From positions 1-64,000 of IMG/VR virus record IMGVR_UViG_3300003323_000567: DNA of 64,000 nucleotides; one strand, written 5' to 3'. The notes under the pieces are model-generated. The model was not told the DNA's origin, searched no databases, and was given only the letters and a program-made list of their open reading frames with translations. This document shows, piece after piece, positions 49,952 through 58,626 of the stretch (position 1 is the first letter of the stretch; each line of letters starts with the position of its first letter). The stretch is from a virus. A program made the translations under genes and the position numbers.

Positions 49952-51958
49952 TTAAAACAGGCTAATTTGGTTAGGATCTGGCTTTCCACCTTTTCTTTTC
50001 CTCCCTTTTTCGATTGCAAATATTCTTTCTTCTGCTTTGTCAATGTAATACTGATAGTTGATACCATAGTTCCCTATGGGAAGACCCTTGTTTACTTTGT
50101 TAATTACCATGCACTTCCATTCTCCCGCCTCACACTGGGTCACATCATTACCATCAGATTCAACATCGGGATTCTTGACCTTCAGGAGCTTTCTGCCTTC
50201 TTTAGAGACATAATAGCGTATCATTCGATCATAGATCTCCTTTCCTCCTTCCTTGTCAATACCTTCATAATGATATTCTCTGGAAGCCTTAACTCCAATG
50301 CAGAAATCAAAGATGTTATCATGGTTTCTGATAGTTTCTTCAACAGGCTTTCCTTCAACAAAGTACTTTTCCAGAGCCAGATTGATTATCCTTCTGCTCT
50401 TGTTCTTTTCCAATAAGAAGCTTGTCAGGAAGTCCCCTTTCTTCTTTATTTCCCCATCTGGCTTTATGGCCAGATAATCATTCACAGTAGCCTGGATAAG
50501 CTTTCTATACTCAGTATATTCCAGCTTCCCCTGCTCAGAATTACCCACCTTTTTCTCCCATGCGTAGCATGTATTATAGTACTTCTCCAGCATAGACTTG
50601 TCAAAGAGACATACTATACCATCAGTATTAGCACTTATGGTTTGTATCCCCTCGATCAGTAAATCCTCAATTAACATCAGGATCTCAAACTGGTTTCCTA
50701 TAGTACAGCTAAACTGTACAAAGGGATCATACTGCCAGGAGTTCTTCTCATTAGTCTTACCAAACCCCCCTCCATTCAGGGCTAATTTGTACATCTCAGA
50801 TAGACCTTTCATCTTCCTCTTCTCTTCTTCCCTTAGGGCCTTCTTGATCATCTGCTTGAAGGCTATTCTCTTCTCAAATCTGTCCTTGTATCCAATCAGC
50901 CATGCTTTGCTCAAATGGGATGGAAACAATCCTCTTTTGATAATAGACCATGGATACTGAGATCCAATGTCTGCATCCATAAGGACTTCATTCCATTTGG
51001 GCTCTACGATCCTGTTCTTTTCACTAGAATGAATGCCGCCCTTAGCAATCAATAGGTTTAACCCATTGATACTGAATGGATATTCTTCCTTTTTTGCTAA
51101 GTTTACCCTGACTTTCTTCATCCTTTCATGGAATTCCTGGAAGGGTTTTGTTCTGAACTTCACATAATCAGGGATACATTCTCCATAGGTAAACCTTTTG
51201 GTAGGCTTCCTATTTTTCTTCAGATCATATAACTGTCTGGTAGTTATACCCACGCTATCACAATATACCTTCTTGTTAATTTCATCCCCGATTTTCACAT
51301 CACTCCATGAGAGGGCTTTGGTAGGAAATTTCATCTCTTCAATTACATCCAGCCTGTCCTGTACCTTGTTTCTCCCCTTGTAATCTTCATGCTCAACTTC
51401 CCCTAGGGTGTATTTCCAGAACTCATAAGTAGCCTCCACATCATTTCTACAATAATCCTTGATCTCCTGGATCTCAGCCTCTGTAAATACCTCTTGAGTG
51501 TGTGCATAAGGCATTTCCTCTACATTGTAGAAATCCATAGAAAACTCCAGCCATTTCAAAGATGTCCTCTTATTCTCATTGTCATAATGATGTATCTTCA
51601 AAAGATCAATCTGTTGATTGTACAGATCCTCTTCCCTATAGGGAGGAAATAGATCATAGTTCTGATCATCAATGATCTTATTAGAGAACTTTTTAATAAT
51701 ATTCAGAATTCTCCTATTGTCATAATCAATCCATCTCTGATGGTTATCCAGAATAAATTGCAAAATTTGAGCATCATAACTTAACCCATTATAGGATATA
51801 GAATATCCCTTATGGGAGTACAGATGCTTAACCAAACCGTAAAGATCATTTCTATACTCAGAAATCTCGAATTCTACCCATTTATTAGTAGTAGGATTAA
51901 ACCCACAATAGAGGAACATTCCTCCAAGTACCTCTATATCATAGACTTCTACATTCAT
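49952..51958 (-). CDS. Family B DNA polymerase with 3'-5' exonuclease
   Basis: YDIE, YNGLSYD, YCRNDV (exonuclease); DIGSQYP, YKLALNGGGFGK, ANTDG (polymerase). Confidence 0.92.
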   Translation of the reverse strand: MNVEVYDIEVLGGMFLYCGFNPTTNKWVEFEISEYRNDLYGLVKHLYSHKGYSISYNGLSYDAQILQFILDNHQRWIDYDNRRILNIIKKFSNKIIDDQNYDLFPPYREEDLYNQQIDLLKIHHYDNENKRTSLKWLEFSMDFYNVEEMPYAHTQEVFTEAEIQEIKDYCRNDVEATYEFWKYTLGEVEHEDYKGRNKVQDRLDVIEEMKFPTKALSWSDVKIGDEINKKVYCDSVGITTRQLYDLKKNRKPTKRFTYGECIPDYVKFRTKPFQEFHERMKKVRVNLAKKEEYPFSINGLNLLIAKGGIHSSEKNRIVEPKWNEVLMDADIGSQYPWSIIKRGLFPSHLSKAWLIGYKDRFEKRIAFKQMIKKALREEEKRKMKGLSEMYKLALNGGGFGKTNEKNSWQYDPFVQFSCTIGNQFEILMLIEDLLIEGIQTISANTDGIVCLFDKSMLEKYYNTCYAWEKKVGNSEQGKLEYTEYRKLIQATVNDYLAIKPDGEIKKKGDFLTSFLLEKNKSRRIINLALEKYFVEGKPVEETIRNHDNIFDFCIGVKASREYHYEGIDKEGGKEIYDRMIRYYVSKEGRKLLKVKNPDVESDGNDVTQCEAGEWKCMVINKVNKGLPIGNYGINYQYYIDKAEERIFAIEKGRKRKGGKPDPNQISLF

Positions 51959-51960
51959 TG

Positions 51961-52018
51961 TTGGGGGAGGAAGAATCGAACTTCCGACAAGAATACTCTA
52001 CCACTGAGCTATCCCCCA
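51961..52018 (-). ncRNA. Anticodon-less mini-tRNA (58 nt)
   Basis: UGGGGGA UA GCUC-AGUGGUA-GAGU AUUCUUGUC GGAAG-UUCGAUU-CUUCC UCCCCCA A. Acceptor, D and T arms are intact; there is no anticodon arm. Confidence 0.75.
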
Positions 52019-52030
52019 CAGGTTAAACTA

Positions 52031-52270
52031 TTAACAATCACCATTGCAAGGCCATTCACATGTGCCACCCATTTCACAATGATGAATCCATCTGCCATTC
52101 TCAAACCAAGGTTGATGTTTCCTATCTCTTTTTCTCTGTAGCCATTTCTCGAATCTTTTTCTCCTCCTTGCCCGCATTCTATCAATCCTTATTTGACCAT
52201 ACATACCTTGTTTGTTCCAGAAGGTAACATAGTCCAGTTTGTACCTTAGGTTTCTGCTTTTCTTTTTCAT
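52031..52270 (-). CDS. Small basic protein with Cys-rich C-terminus
   Basis: 79 aa ending CEMGGTCEWPCNGDC. Confidence 0.5.
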   Translation of the reverse strand: MKKKSRNLRYKLDYVTFWNKQGMYGQIRIDRMRARRRKRFEKWLQRKRDRKHQPWFENGRWIHHCEMGGTCEWPCNGDC

Positions 52271-52450
52271 GTTTGTAACTTTACAACATTAATTTACTAG
52301 TAGAGCTGCTAACTATTTACTTACCTAATGCTTCTATTAAGCACCATACGGATTTGCACCGGGAAATATAAGGGTGTCACTAGCCCTTGAAGGTTTACCT
52401 ACCATAAATAGTATATCGCACACAGAATATTGTCTCTGTGAAACATTTAG

Positions 52451-52521
52451 TGGAGCATAGGGGATTCGAACCCCTGATAACCATCTGAGGAGGGCCGGCA
52501 ACCAACTCCTACATATGCCCC
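52451..52521 (-). ncRNA. Degenerate tRNA-like RNA
   Basis: Acceptor GGGGCAU/AUGCUCC-A and T arm AGGGG-UUCGAAU-CCCCU. The D/anticodon region is replaced by a single AGGAG/CUCCU hairpin. Confidence 0.6.
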
Positions 52522-52528
52522 AACCAGT

Positions 52529-52840
52529 TTATCCATCATATCTCTTGGCAGCTTTTAGCATATCAATATGACATGCTACAGCTTCTAAGAGATCGCTCGA
52601 ATAAACTAAGTTATTAGTTTCTCTGTCCATTAGGACTCTTGTAAGTGATTTTTCATCCTTCCTGAGAATGAAACCAACTATGTTCTTAAGGGAAGTACCT
52701 TGCGAATCTTCCCTATGGGCCCACTCTGTAGTATCCTTGTCAACCCACCACTCAACACCTTCTTCATTTGTGAAAAAGGGTTTTGCATTTTCATCATTCC
52801 AGGGCCATAGTTTAAAGTTGAGTTCTTGTTTTTCTTCCAT
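52529..52840 (-). CDS. Hypothetical protein
   Basis: 103-aa ORF. Confidence 0.55.
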   Translation of the reverse strand: MEEKQELNFKLWPWNDENAKPFFTNEEGVEWWVDKDTTEWAHREDSQGTSLKNIVGFILRKDEKSLTRVLMDRETNNLVYSSDLLEAVACHIDMLKAAKRYDG

Positions 52841-52841
52841 A

Positions 52842-53234
52842 TTACTGTCTTAGTTTGGTACCCGAATACCCAGGCACCTCTTCTACTTCCTTTAGGGGAA
52901 GCCTCCCCACATAGTGCTCTTTGAAACTATCCCTGGAGTAATACAGGATTGGATTTACATAATTAGAAACCGAAATGAAGTTATCCACTTGCTCTGACCA
53001 CCCTTGATCATTTTCATCCATATCCCAGAGGGGATATATTTCAATGTGGGGAAAGATCTTGCGGATCATTTGAGCTCTGTAGTGTACTCCATAGGGATTT
53101 CTCTCATCAATATCATTTCTTGATCCAAGTAAGATAATAGTTTGATCACATTCCCTTAGGGATGTGGCAATTAGGTGTAGATGACCTGGATGAAGAAAGG
53201 GGACTTGAAATCTTCCGATTATAATTCCTGTCAT
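52842..53234 (-). CDS. Cytidylyltransferase-family nucleotidyltransferase (NMNAT/NadM-like)
   Basis: IIGRFQVPFLHPGH (HxGH), RNP and SGTKLR motifs. Confidence 0.8.
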   Translation of the reverse strand: MTGIIIGRFQVPFLHPGHLHLIATSLRECDQTIILLGSRNDIDERNPYGVHYRAQMIRKIFPHIEIYPLWDMDENDQGWSEQVDNFISVSNYVNPILYYSRDSFKEHYVGRLPLKEVEEVPGYSGTKLRQ

Positions 53235-53341
53235 GTTACGGATTTTAGTAAGGTGAAAAGTCATCACCATCATTGATATCCATTCCTAGTATGCAAACAA
53301 CTAGTAAAAGTACACCTATTACTATGATAAAATGTGCCATA

Positions 53342-53764
53342 CTAGAAGTATTTTTCAATGAAGGGAATTACATCTGAGAAGTCCTCCTTTGTAGAAGCAT
53401 CATTAATCTCAGCAAGTGCCGTTCTTTCGCCTGAAAACCTTCCCCCGAAACTGGACAGCCTTTTCTTATCTGCTTCATCAGGATTGAACATTCCGTTGGA
53501 ATAATCTATTCCTGCCCATTTTCTCACACCTATGGGTAATACTCTGGCACTCGTATTTATCTGATCAGTATAACTCATCCCATCAATAGAGTTATCCTCC
53601 CAGTATCCTTCTCCTGTGATCTCTTTGTGAATGTCACATAACACTCCAAGGCAGCAGTGGGCAACCGGCGTTTCTCCTTCCCTAGTAACCAGTCTTCCGG
53701 TTGCTCTCCTGTATTTGCCGCTCTTTAGGGCAGCTATCCATTTTTCCTTAATTTCTGGATTCAT
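53342..53764 (-). CDS. Conserved phage hypothetical protein
   Basis: KWIAALKSGKY...HCCLGVLC...LAEIND. Confidence 0.65.
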   Translation of the reverse strand: MNPEIKEKWIAALKSGKYRRATGRLVTREGETPVAHCCLGVLCDIHKEITGEGYWEDNSIDGMSYTDQINTSARVLPIGVRKWAGIDYSNGMFNPDEADKKRLSSFGGRFSGERTALAEINDASTKEDFSDVIPFIEKYF

Positions 53765-53784
53765 TAGAATTTAATTTAAGAGTT

Positions 53785-54177
53785 TTAGTGAATGTCTTGA
53801 TCAATTTCGAACATTACAATCTGGTACTTGAGCTTCACCAAGGGATAAACCAGATACATATTCTTTTCCCCTATGGTAACATAGTTCCCATTCTTAAGCT
53901 TGTAATGGTGAAAGACTGAATTAGCATCCCCATTCTTTCTGTAGCTTTCTACAGCAAAGGATCCATAACCATCAATCATCACTGACTTTTGGGTAAACGT
54001 TACTTCAAAAGGAACATTATACCTGATCGTGTCAAGAGTGTAGCTCTTTAAGGTGGAGTCTGCCTTAAGATACTTAGTGTAGACAATCTTTGTCTTGTAG
54101 GTAACTCTGCCAAGAAATTGACTAAATCCCATTTGGCTCAGAAATAACAGTAATACCAGGAGTTTTGCTTGCTTCAT
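53785..54177 (-). CDS. Secreted protein
   Basis: Bacteroidota-style signal peptide MKQAKLLVLLLFLSQMGFS-Q. Confidence 0.6.
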   Translation of the reverse strand: MKQAKLLVLLLFLSQMGFSQFLGRVTYKTKIVYTKYLKADSTLKSYTLDTIRYNVPFEVTFTQKSVMIDGYGSFAVESYRKNGDANSVFHHYKLKNGNYVTIGEKNMYLVYPLVKLKYQIVMFEIDQDIH

Positions 54178-54184
54178 ATATTGG

Positions 54185-54442
54185 TTAATTTAGTACTCTT
54201 TTTAGTAAATAATCAAGATTACTGTTGATGTTTTCTATCTCAGTGGGATTTAAGGTTCTTCCCATACCATATCTCCATTTGAATGGATTAGGTTTGGATT
54301 GATGAGAAGTGATATAATGAATGTTGTAATTATAAGTGGAGTACTTTCCTCTGCAGTCCAGCCACTCTGCAGGAGTCATTAGAGACTCTACGTACATAGG
54401 CTTCCCTAAGGTGCTTTGTTGTTCCTGTTTCTGGTCACTCAT
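54185..54442 (-). CDS. Hypothetical protein
   Basis: 85-aa ORF. Confidence 0.5.
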   Translation of the reverse strand: MSDQKQEQQSTLGKPMYVESLMTPAEWLDCRGKYSTYNYNIHYITSHQSKPNPFKWRYGMGRTLNPTEIENINSNLDYLLKRVLN

Positions 54443-54668
54443 TTTTCACTACTTTTTTTGGAAATACAACAATAGTAATGTCTCCTTTCTTGTACCTTTC
54501 TTGAAGCTCCTTAAAGCTCATAGAAGGTATAATCTCAGTGGATCCGAGAGATGTTCCCCAGGTTACCTTTTTGTCTTCCTCTTTTGTAGAAACTGTGGAA
54601 TAACCGTCTGGACAAGAACAATCTGCTCTATTTTCTCCGCAGTTTCCACATGGGTCTGTCCAACTCAT
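54435..54668 (-). CDS. Small Cys-containing protein
   Basis: CGNCGENRADCSC. Confidence 0.5.
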   Translation of the reverse strand: MSWTDPCGNCGENRADCSCPDGYSTVSTKEEDKKVTWGTSLGSTEIIPSMSFKELQERYKKGDITIVVFPKKVVKNE

Positions 54669-54868
54669 AAGATTTCTTTTGTTTGTGATTTAAAATAGCC
54701 CCTTAGGCGCTTAATCCATTTTTTCTTCTCGTATTTTGTGTAAGCTGTTCCCTTAGGGGACATGCTGGTAATGGGGCGTGTGAGATGTGTCAACCAACCT
54801 TTTGCATCCAGGATACCCGACATATTCTCATCTCTGCCAGCCTTATGTCTTCTTCCTTTGTTTCTCAT
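54665..54868 (-). CDS. Small basic protein
   Basis: 67 aa, coupled to its neighbours. Confidence 0.45.
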   Translation of the reverse strand: MRNKGRRHKAGRDENMSGILDAKGWLTHLTRPITSMSPKGTAYTKYEKKKWIKRLRGYFKSQTKEIL

Positions 54869-55296
54869 ATTGCTAAAGTTGGGGTTAAAAGGTGAGAAAA
54901 TTTGTGCTCAAAGACAATATTGTCAGGAATAGGAGCACAAGAGAACATATCTGCCATCTCCTGAGGGGTATAGGCATTAAGATTAGGCTTAATACCATAG
55001 GCTATATAGAAATCCAGCTTAGGGTGAACCTCTGCAAAATAATACAGAGATTTTATCTGAATCTCTATGTAAACTCTTGGGACAGAAGGATGTATCCTTT
55101 GCCTAAGATCTTTCGTGGTTATTGCATAACTCCTCCCTTGGAGGCCTTGGGGGTTACCATACTCTGCATCAAACTCTCTGTAGGCAATTAGGGCTGCTCC
55201 TTTCCCATGTCTGCCTTCAGTATTGGCCCCAAAAACAAATATCCCATTATCTGGGATATCGAACTTGTTGAGAATCAATCCATCATAGATTTTCAT
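54865..55296 (-). CDS. A1S_2505-like phage protein (macro-like fold)
   Basis: IFVFGANTEGRHGKGAA...GLQGRSYAI. Confidence 0.7.
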   Translation of the reverse strand: MKIYDGLILNKFDIPDNGIFVFGANTEGRHGKGAALIAYREFDAEYGNPQGLQGRSYAITTKDLRQRIHPSVPRVYIEIQIKSLYYFAEVHPKLDFYIAYGIKPNLNAYTPQEMADMFSCAPIPDNIVFEHKFSHLLTPTLAI

Positions 55297-55297
55297 A

Positions 55298-55525
55298 TTA
55301 CTGTTTTTTCATGTACATCCAACAATCTCCTGTTGATAAAGTAATTGATGTATTGTCAGTAAAGAGTATCATAATCTCAGTACCATGCATTGATGGTAAA
55401 GCTTGATATATGGTTTTACCTCTTAAGAATCCCATATCTATCTCATCAACAGATTTTCTACCATCAGAGTTTTCACATCCCCAAAGGGAGAAAGAAATAA
55501 GAAATACAATTAATAGTCTTTTCAT
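55298..55525 (-). CDS. Small lipoprotein
   Basis: MKRLLIVFLISFSLWG-C lipobox. Confidence 0.6.
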   Translation of the reverse strand: MKRLLIVFLISFSLWGCENSDGRKSVDEIDMGFLRGKTIYQALPSMHGTEIMILFTDNTSITLSTGDCWMYMKKQ

Positions 55526-55541
55526 ATTAAATAAATTTATG

Positions 55542-55636
55542 TAGCGAGGGAAGGACTCGAACCTCCACGAGCTGTACCCAGAATTTAGCTCTCCACCGAG
55601 TTAGGATAGATGCTTTACCAATTTGCATACCTCGCT
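55542..55636 (-). tRNA. Atypical class II tRNA-like gene with aberrant anticodon loop (CUAACUC)
   Basis: Acceptor AGCGAGG/CCUCGCU, D arm UGC/GCA with UUGGUAAA, 6-bp anticodon stem, long variable arm GAGCU/AGCUC, T arm GGAGG-UUCGAGU-CCUUC. Confidence 0.65.
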
Positions 55637-55650
55637 GTGTGATAGATAAG

Positions 55651-55687
55651 AAAAAAAGAGAGGGGGAATCTATCCTATCCCCCTCCC
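55651..55687 (-). terminator. Intrinsic terminator
   Basis: GGGAGGGGGA-loop-UCCCCCUCUC followed by U7. Confidence 0.75.
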
Positions 55688-55756
55688 GTGTTTTGCTTTA
55701 CACATTAAAAAGTGTGTTGCTCTTTGTGTTTTCAAGTAGCCTCAAGCTAACATTAT

Positions 55757-56224
55757 TCCATTGTTCTGTCAACTGAACTACCCCGCCTTAAATTGCCAGG
55801 GACGGGAGTGGAAACTCAGTTCCCTGGACTTTCTTTCATCGAATGCAAATTATGCAGCCTTCTTTTCGCTTGATACTTTAGAAGACTGACCAGTCAATTC
55901 CCAATACTTATGAGCAGTAATCTTGCTCTTCACGAAAAGGGAGATAGGACTTCCTTTTCTTTCATTCTTCCTCTTGTTCCTGCCGTACTTCTTGTTTCCT
56001 TTACCTCCAGATTTATTTGCCATATGATAGTTTTATTTGATAATGACCCAGTATAGAGGATACCAGGTCTTAAACATGATACGTAAACAAAGTTTATTTT
56101 TTGGTCACTTCAAACCCATGATTTTCAAGGACTTCTTTACAAAGCTGAACGTAAAGAGGGTTTGAAGTACCAAAATTATTCTTCAAACGAGGCGGGGACA
56201 GGATTCAAACCTGCGACTTATGGA
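55757..56224 (-). ncRNA. Circularly permuted tRNA-like RNA with a 403-nt insert (3' half 56191-56224 precedes 5' half 55757-55787)
   Basis: UCCAU AAGUC GCAGG-UUUGAAU-CCUGU CCCCGCC ... GGCGGGG UA GUUC-AGUUGACA-GAAC A AUGGA. Acceptor (7 bp) and anticodon (5 bp) stems are complementary. Confidence 0.75.
55850..56023 (-). CDS. Small basic protein (57 aa) nested inside the permuted tRNA insert
   Basis: MANKSGGKGNKKYGRNKRKNERKGSPISLFVKSKITAHKYWELTGQSSKVSSEKKAA. Confidence 0.6.
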   Translation of the reverse strand: MANKSGGKGNKKYGRNKRKNERKGSPISLFVKSKITAHKYWELTGQSSKVSSEKKAA

Positions 56225-56238
56225 TTTGGTTAACTACC

Positions 56239-56337
56239 TGACACGAGCGAATTTGAACTTTAACCTGAGTCTTTTGACACGAATCTAAGTCTAACTTGTC
56301 TGGGGACTAAATAAACCTAAATCTAAGTCTAAGTCTC
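56239..56337 (-). repeat. Degenerate hexamer repeats (about HAGAYT) with two TCGTGTCA boxes
   Basis: GAGACT TAGACT TAGATT TAGGTT ... TAGACT TAGATT CGTGTCA ... AGACT CAGGTT AAAGTT CAAATT ... TCGTGTCA. Confidence 0.7.
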
Positions 56338-56347
56338 GGTCAAATAT

Positions 56348-56770
56348 TTAAAAGGGCTCAGAGACTTTTCCTATCTCTTCCCATATAGCTTCACCTCTTT
56401 TGGTTTCTATAATGAGGTTTGCTTCCTCAACAGCCTCATCTTGCTGCTCAAGGCTCTGTATGTCCCTTAGGGCAGCTAGGATTCTTTGTTTGGGAGTAGG
56501 TTGCCAATACTCTGGGCAATTTCCATCATTTATGTCTACTACTGACATATGAAGCTTATCCATCATTAAGTCTATAAGCTCTTCCCCTTCATCGGTGAAT
56601 TTGATACGTATCTCACTGCAGGATCCCACACTCACTCCGGGAAAAGAATCTAACTGTGGAATGCAGTGTCCTAATGCACATCTTGTATTGTCCTCGGCTT
56701 GCAAAACACCTACTCCCCATCTTTCCTCAGGAATAGCTTCGAACTTATCTATAAAGTGCTGAACGTTCAT
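56348..56770 (-). CDS. Hypothetical protein
   Basis: 140 aa. RCALGHC...DINDG resembles motifs in 53342-53764. Confidence 0.6.
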   Translation of the reverse strand: MNVQHFIDKFEAIPEERWGVGVLQAEDNTRCALGHCIPQLDSFPGVSVGSCSEIRIKFTDEGEELIDLMMDKLHMSVVDINDGNCPEYWQPTPKQRILAALRDIQSLEQQDEAVEEANLIIETKRGEAIWEEIGKVSEPF

Positions 56771-56780
56771 AGAATTGTTT

Positions 56781-56984
56781 TTATTTTTGTTTATGTGTCC
56801 TTCCAGGGCTCCATGGACAAGCAACTCTCTGTCCAGGATCATCTTTTGTACCCTTTCCACCTACTGTCCACCAGATCTTAAACGGATTCACAGGTTTCAT
56901 TCTGGCATGATAACCGTGCTTATGTGGAGGTTTCCCTCGATTTGTGGCCACTTTGCCACTCTCAGTCTGATGCTCTCTTGCCAT
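56781..56984 (-). CDS. Small basic hypothetical protein
   Basis: 67-aa ORF filling the intergenic gap. Confidence 0.45.
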   Translation of the reverse strand: MAREHQTESGKVATNRGKPPHKHGYHARMKPVNPFKIWWTVGGKGTKDDPGQRVACPWSPGRTHKQK

Positions 56985-56993
56985 AAAAAGGTT

Positions 56994-57782
56994 TTATTCC
57001 ACTCCGTGAAGGTACTCAAAAAATCTCTTAGCGTCAAATTCTGATCTCACTGCAGCTACATCATTAGCTTCTTTTAAAGCACCTTCAATTGCTTTAATAA
57101 GAGCACTTCTCCTAGCCAATACTCCAGCCCTGTAGGTATGAGTAGTTTCTCCTGAGAAGGACTGGAGTGTATAATCCCCAAGGGTGACAACAGTGCTTCG
57201 AACAGATTTGACAGGTGTGTACCTGGAAGTATCTGTCATATTCTTGAGATTTGGATCTTCAAGAATATACTCCTCTTTTTCAATTGTTTTGCTCTCACCT
57301 TTGAGCATAGGAGTCTCATATATGTCCCTCCCTGCATACATTGGGTCTGTGGTAGGATCCCAAATCTCAGCATCACTCCTCACAGGCATCTGAGAATACA
57401 TACTCTCTAGGCCTTCCTTCTCAAGAATTGATCTGAGCTTCATAAGCTCCAGTGAACCAAGCTTTCCAAAGCTGAAATTCTCTACCTTTAGCTCCACTTT
57501 GTTACCAGAAGCATTTGTAGCTTCTATAGCCATCACTTGATCAATATGCTCGGATGCTACTTGCTCGAGGTATTTGAGCTTTTCAGGCACAGTAGTAACT
57601 ACTCTGGTGAACTGGTGCATGGAGGGCTCATCTTTTGTTCCTTCCCTCGGGGCATAGGTCTTTCTGATACCCTTGAATTCACCTTGTTTCTTTTCAAAGA
57701 AATTCTTGTATTCAGCAATAAGCTTCCTGAATACAGGGGTAGACGATTCTACCAAGGCCAGTAATTTATTTAACTTTAACAT
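56994..57782 (-). CDS. Conserved uncharacterised helical protein (DUF7873-like, from memory)
   Basis: MLKLNKLLAL...FKGIRKTYAPREG...IEATNA...ELMKLRS...ALKEAN. Confidence 0.6.
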   Translation of the reverse strand: MLKLNKLLALVESSTPVFRKLIAEYKNFFEKKQGEFKGIRKTYAPREGTKDEPSMHQFTRVVTTVPEKLKYLEQVASEHIDQVMAIEATNASGNKVELKVENFSFGKLGSLELMKLRSILEKEGLESMYSQMPVRSDAEIWDPTTDPMYAGRDIYETPMLKGESKTIEKEEYILEDPNLKNMTDTSRYTPVKSVRSTVVTLGDYTLQSFSGETTHTYRAGVLARRSALIKAIEGALKEANDVAAVRSEFDAKRFFEYLHGVE

Positions 57783-57796
57783 AAATCTAAAAGGTT

Positions 57797-58039
57797 TTAA
57801 TGACTGTGAAATTTAGCAATTACTTCCTGGTATGCTTTAGATGGTGTATATCTATAGAACGTTCCCCTCTTATTAACTTTTACTCTTTTCTTAGCCTCTT
57901 CCATACCTCCTTTGAACAGAAATATGGCTCTCACAAGCTTCTCAGCAGGTGTATACAGCTCCTCAGGGGATCTATATACTCTAGTATCAAAAGGGGGCCT
58001 GTTAGAATAAACCAACCTATACCTTCTTCCTTTTACCAT
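57797..58039 (-). CDS. Hypothetical protein
   Basis: 80-aa ORF. Confidence 0.5.
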   Translation of the reverse strand: MVKGRRYRLVYSNRPPFDTRVYRSPEELYTPAEKLVRAIFLFKGGMEEAKKRVKVNKRGTFYRYTPSKAYQEVIAKFHSH

Positions 58040-58329
58040 GGTCAGGGATTTTGTGGTTTAAGCCCTAAATGCCTTCACAATTGAACCCTGTTTCATAATT
58101 AGTCTCCAATACACATTTTAAAGAGGATCATAAGCAAGATAATGACTATCAATGTTATGCATCCCCCCTGCTCCCCATCGGGGCCTTTCTGAACACTTGC
58201 TGTTCTCATGGCAGATCAATTATTGTCTTCAGTATCTTCAGTATCTTCATTCTCTGTTTTTTCTGCGGTTTCAGAGAGATCAAGGAGGGTAAGTGTGCCC
58301 CCTCCTTGAAATACGTAAGTGTTGTTCTC

Positions 58330-58626
58330 CTAGAACAGCTCTGCCTTTAAGGCATTGAGAGCACTCAGACCTTCTTTCAGGTCATTCAGGTTCTGTGTCT
58401 CATTTAAGATATTGCCGATTTCCAGAGGGAATTTACCCTTCAGATCAGCCAATCTCCTTTCAGAAGCCAGAATTGCCTTTTTAGAGCGAAGAATTTCGCC
58501 TTCCAGATCCTGAGCTGCCTCATCTACCTGCAATTGGCGAGTTGCTTCATCTTTTTGTTCCTTGGATCTTGATAACAGGTCTGCGTATTTTAATTGCGCC
58601 TGTTCTGTCTGTGTTTGAGTTTCCAT
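58330..58626 (-). CDS. Coiled-coil protein
   Basis: 98 aa, heptad-rich. Confidence 0.6.
   Translation of the reverse strand: METQTQTEQAQLKYADLLSRSKEQKDEATRQLQVDEAAQDLEGEILRSKKAILASERRLADLKGKFPLEIGNILNETQNLNDLKEGLSALNALKAELF

Noticed and set aside
55757-56224. Two-piece tmRNA (nested ORF ends in AA like an ssrA tag)
   Set aside because: It has a paired D stem and no G3-U70 alanine identity. The ORF has its own ATG and lies in what would be the excised intervening segment.
58226-58250. Short tandem repeat (TCTTCAGTA)n
   Set aside because: Fewer than three copies, probably encoding an acidic EDT repeat in a tiny ORF, with no further structure.
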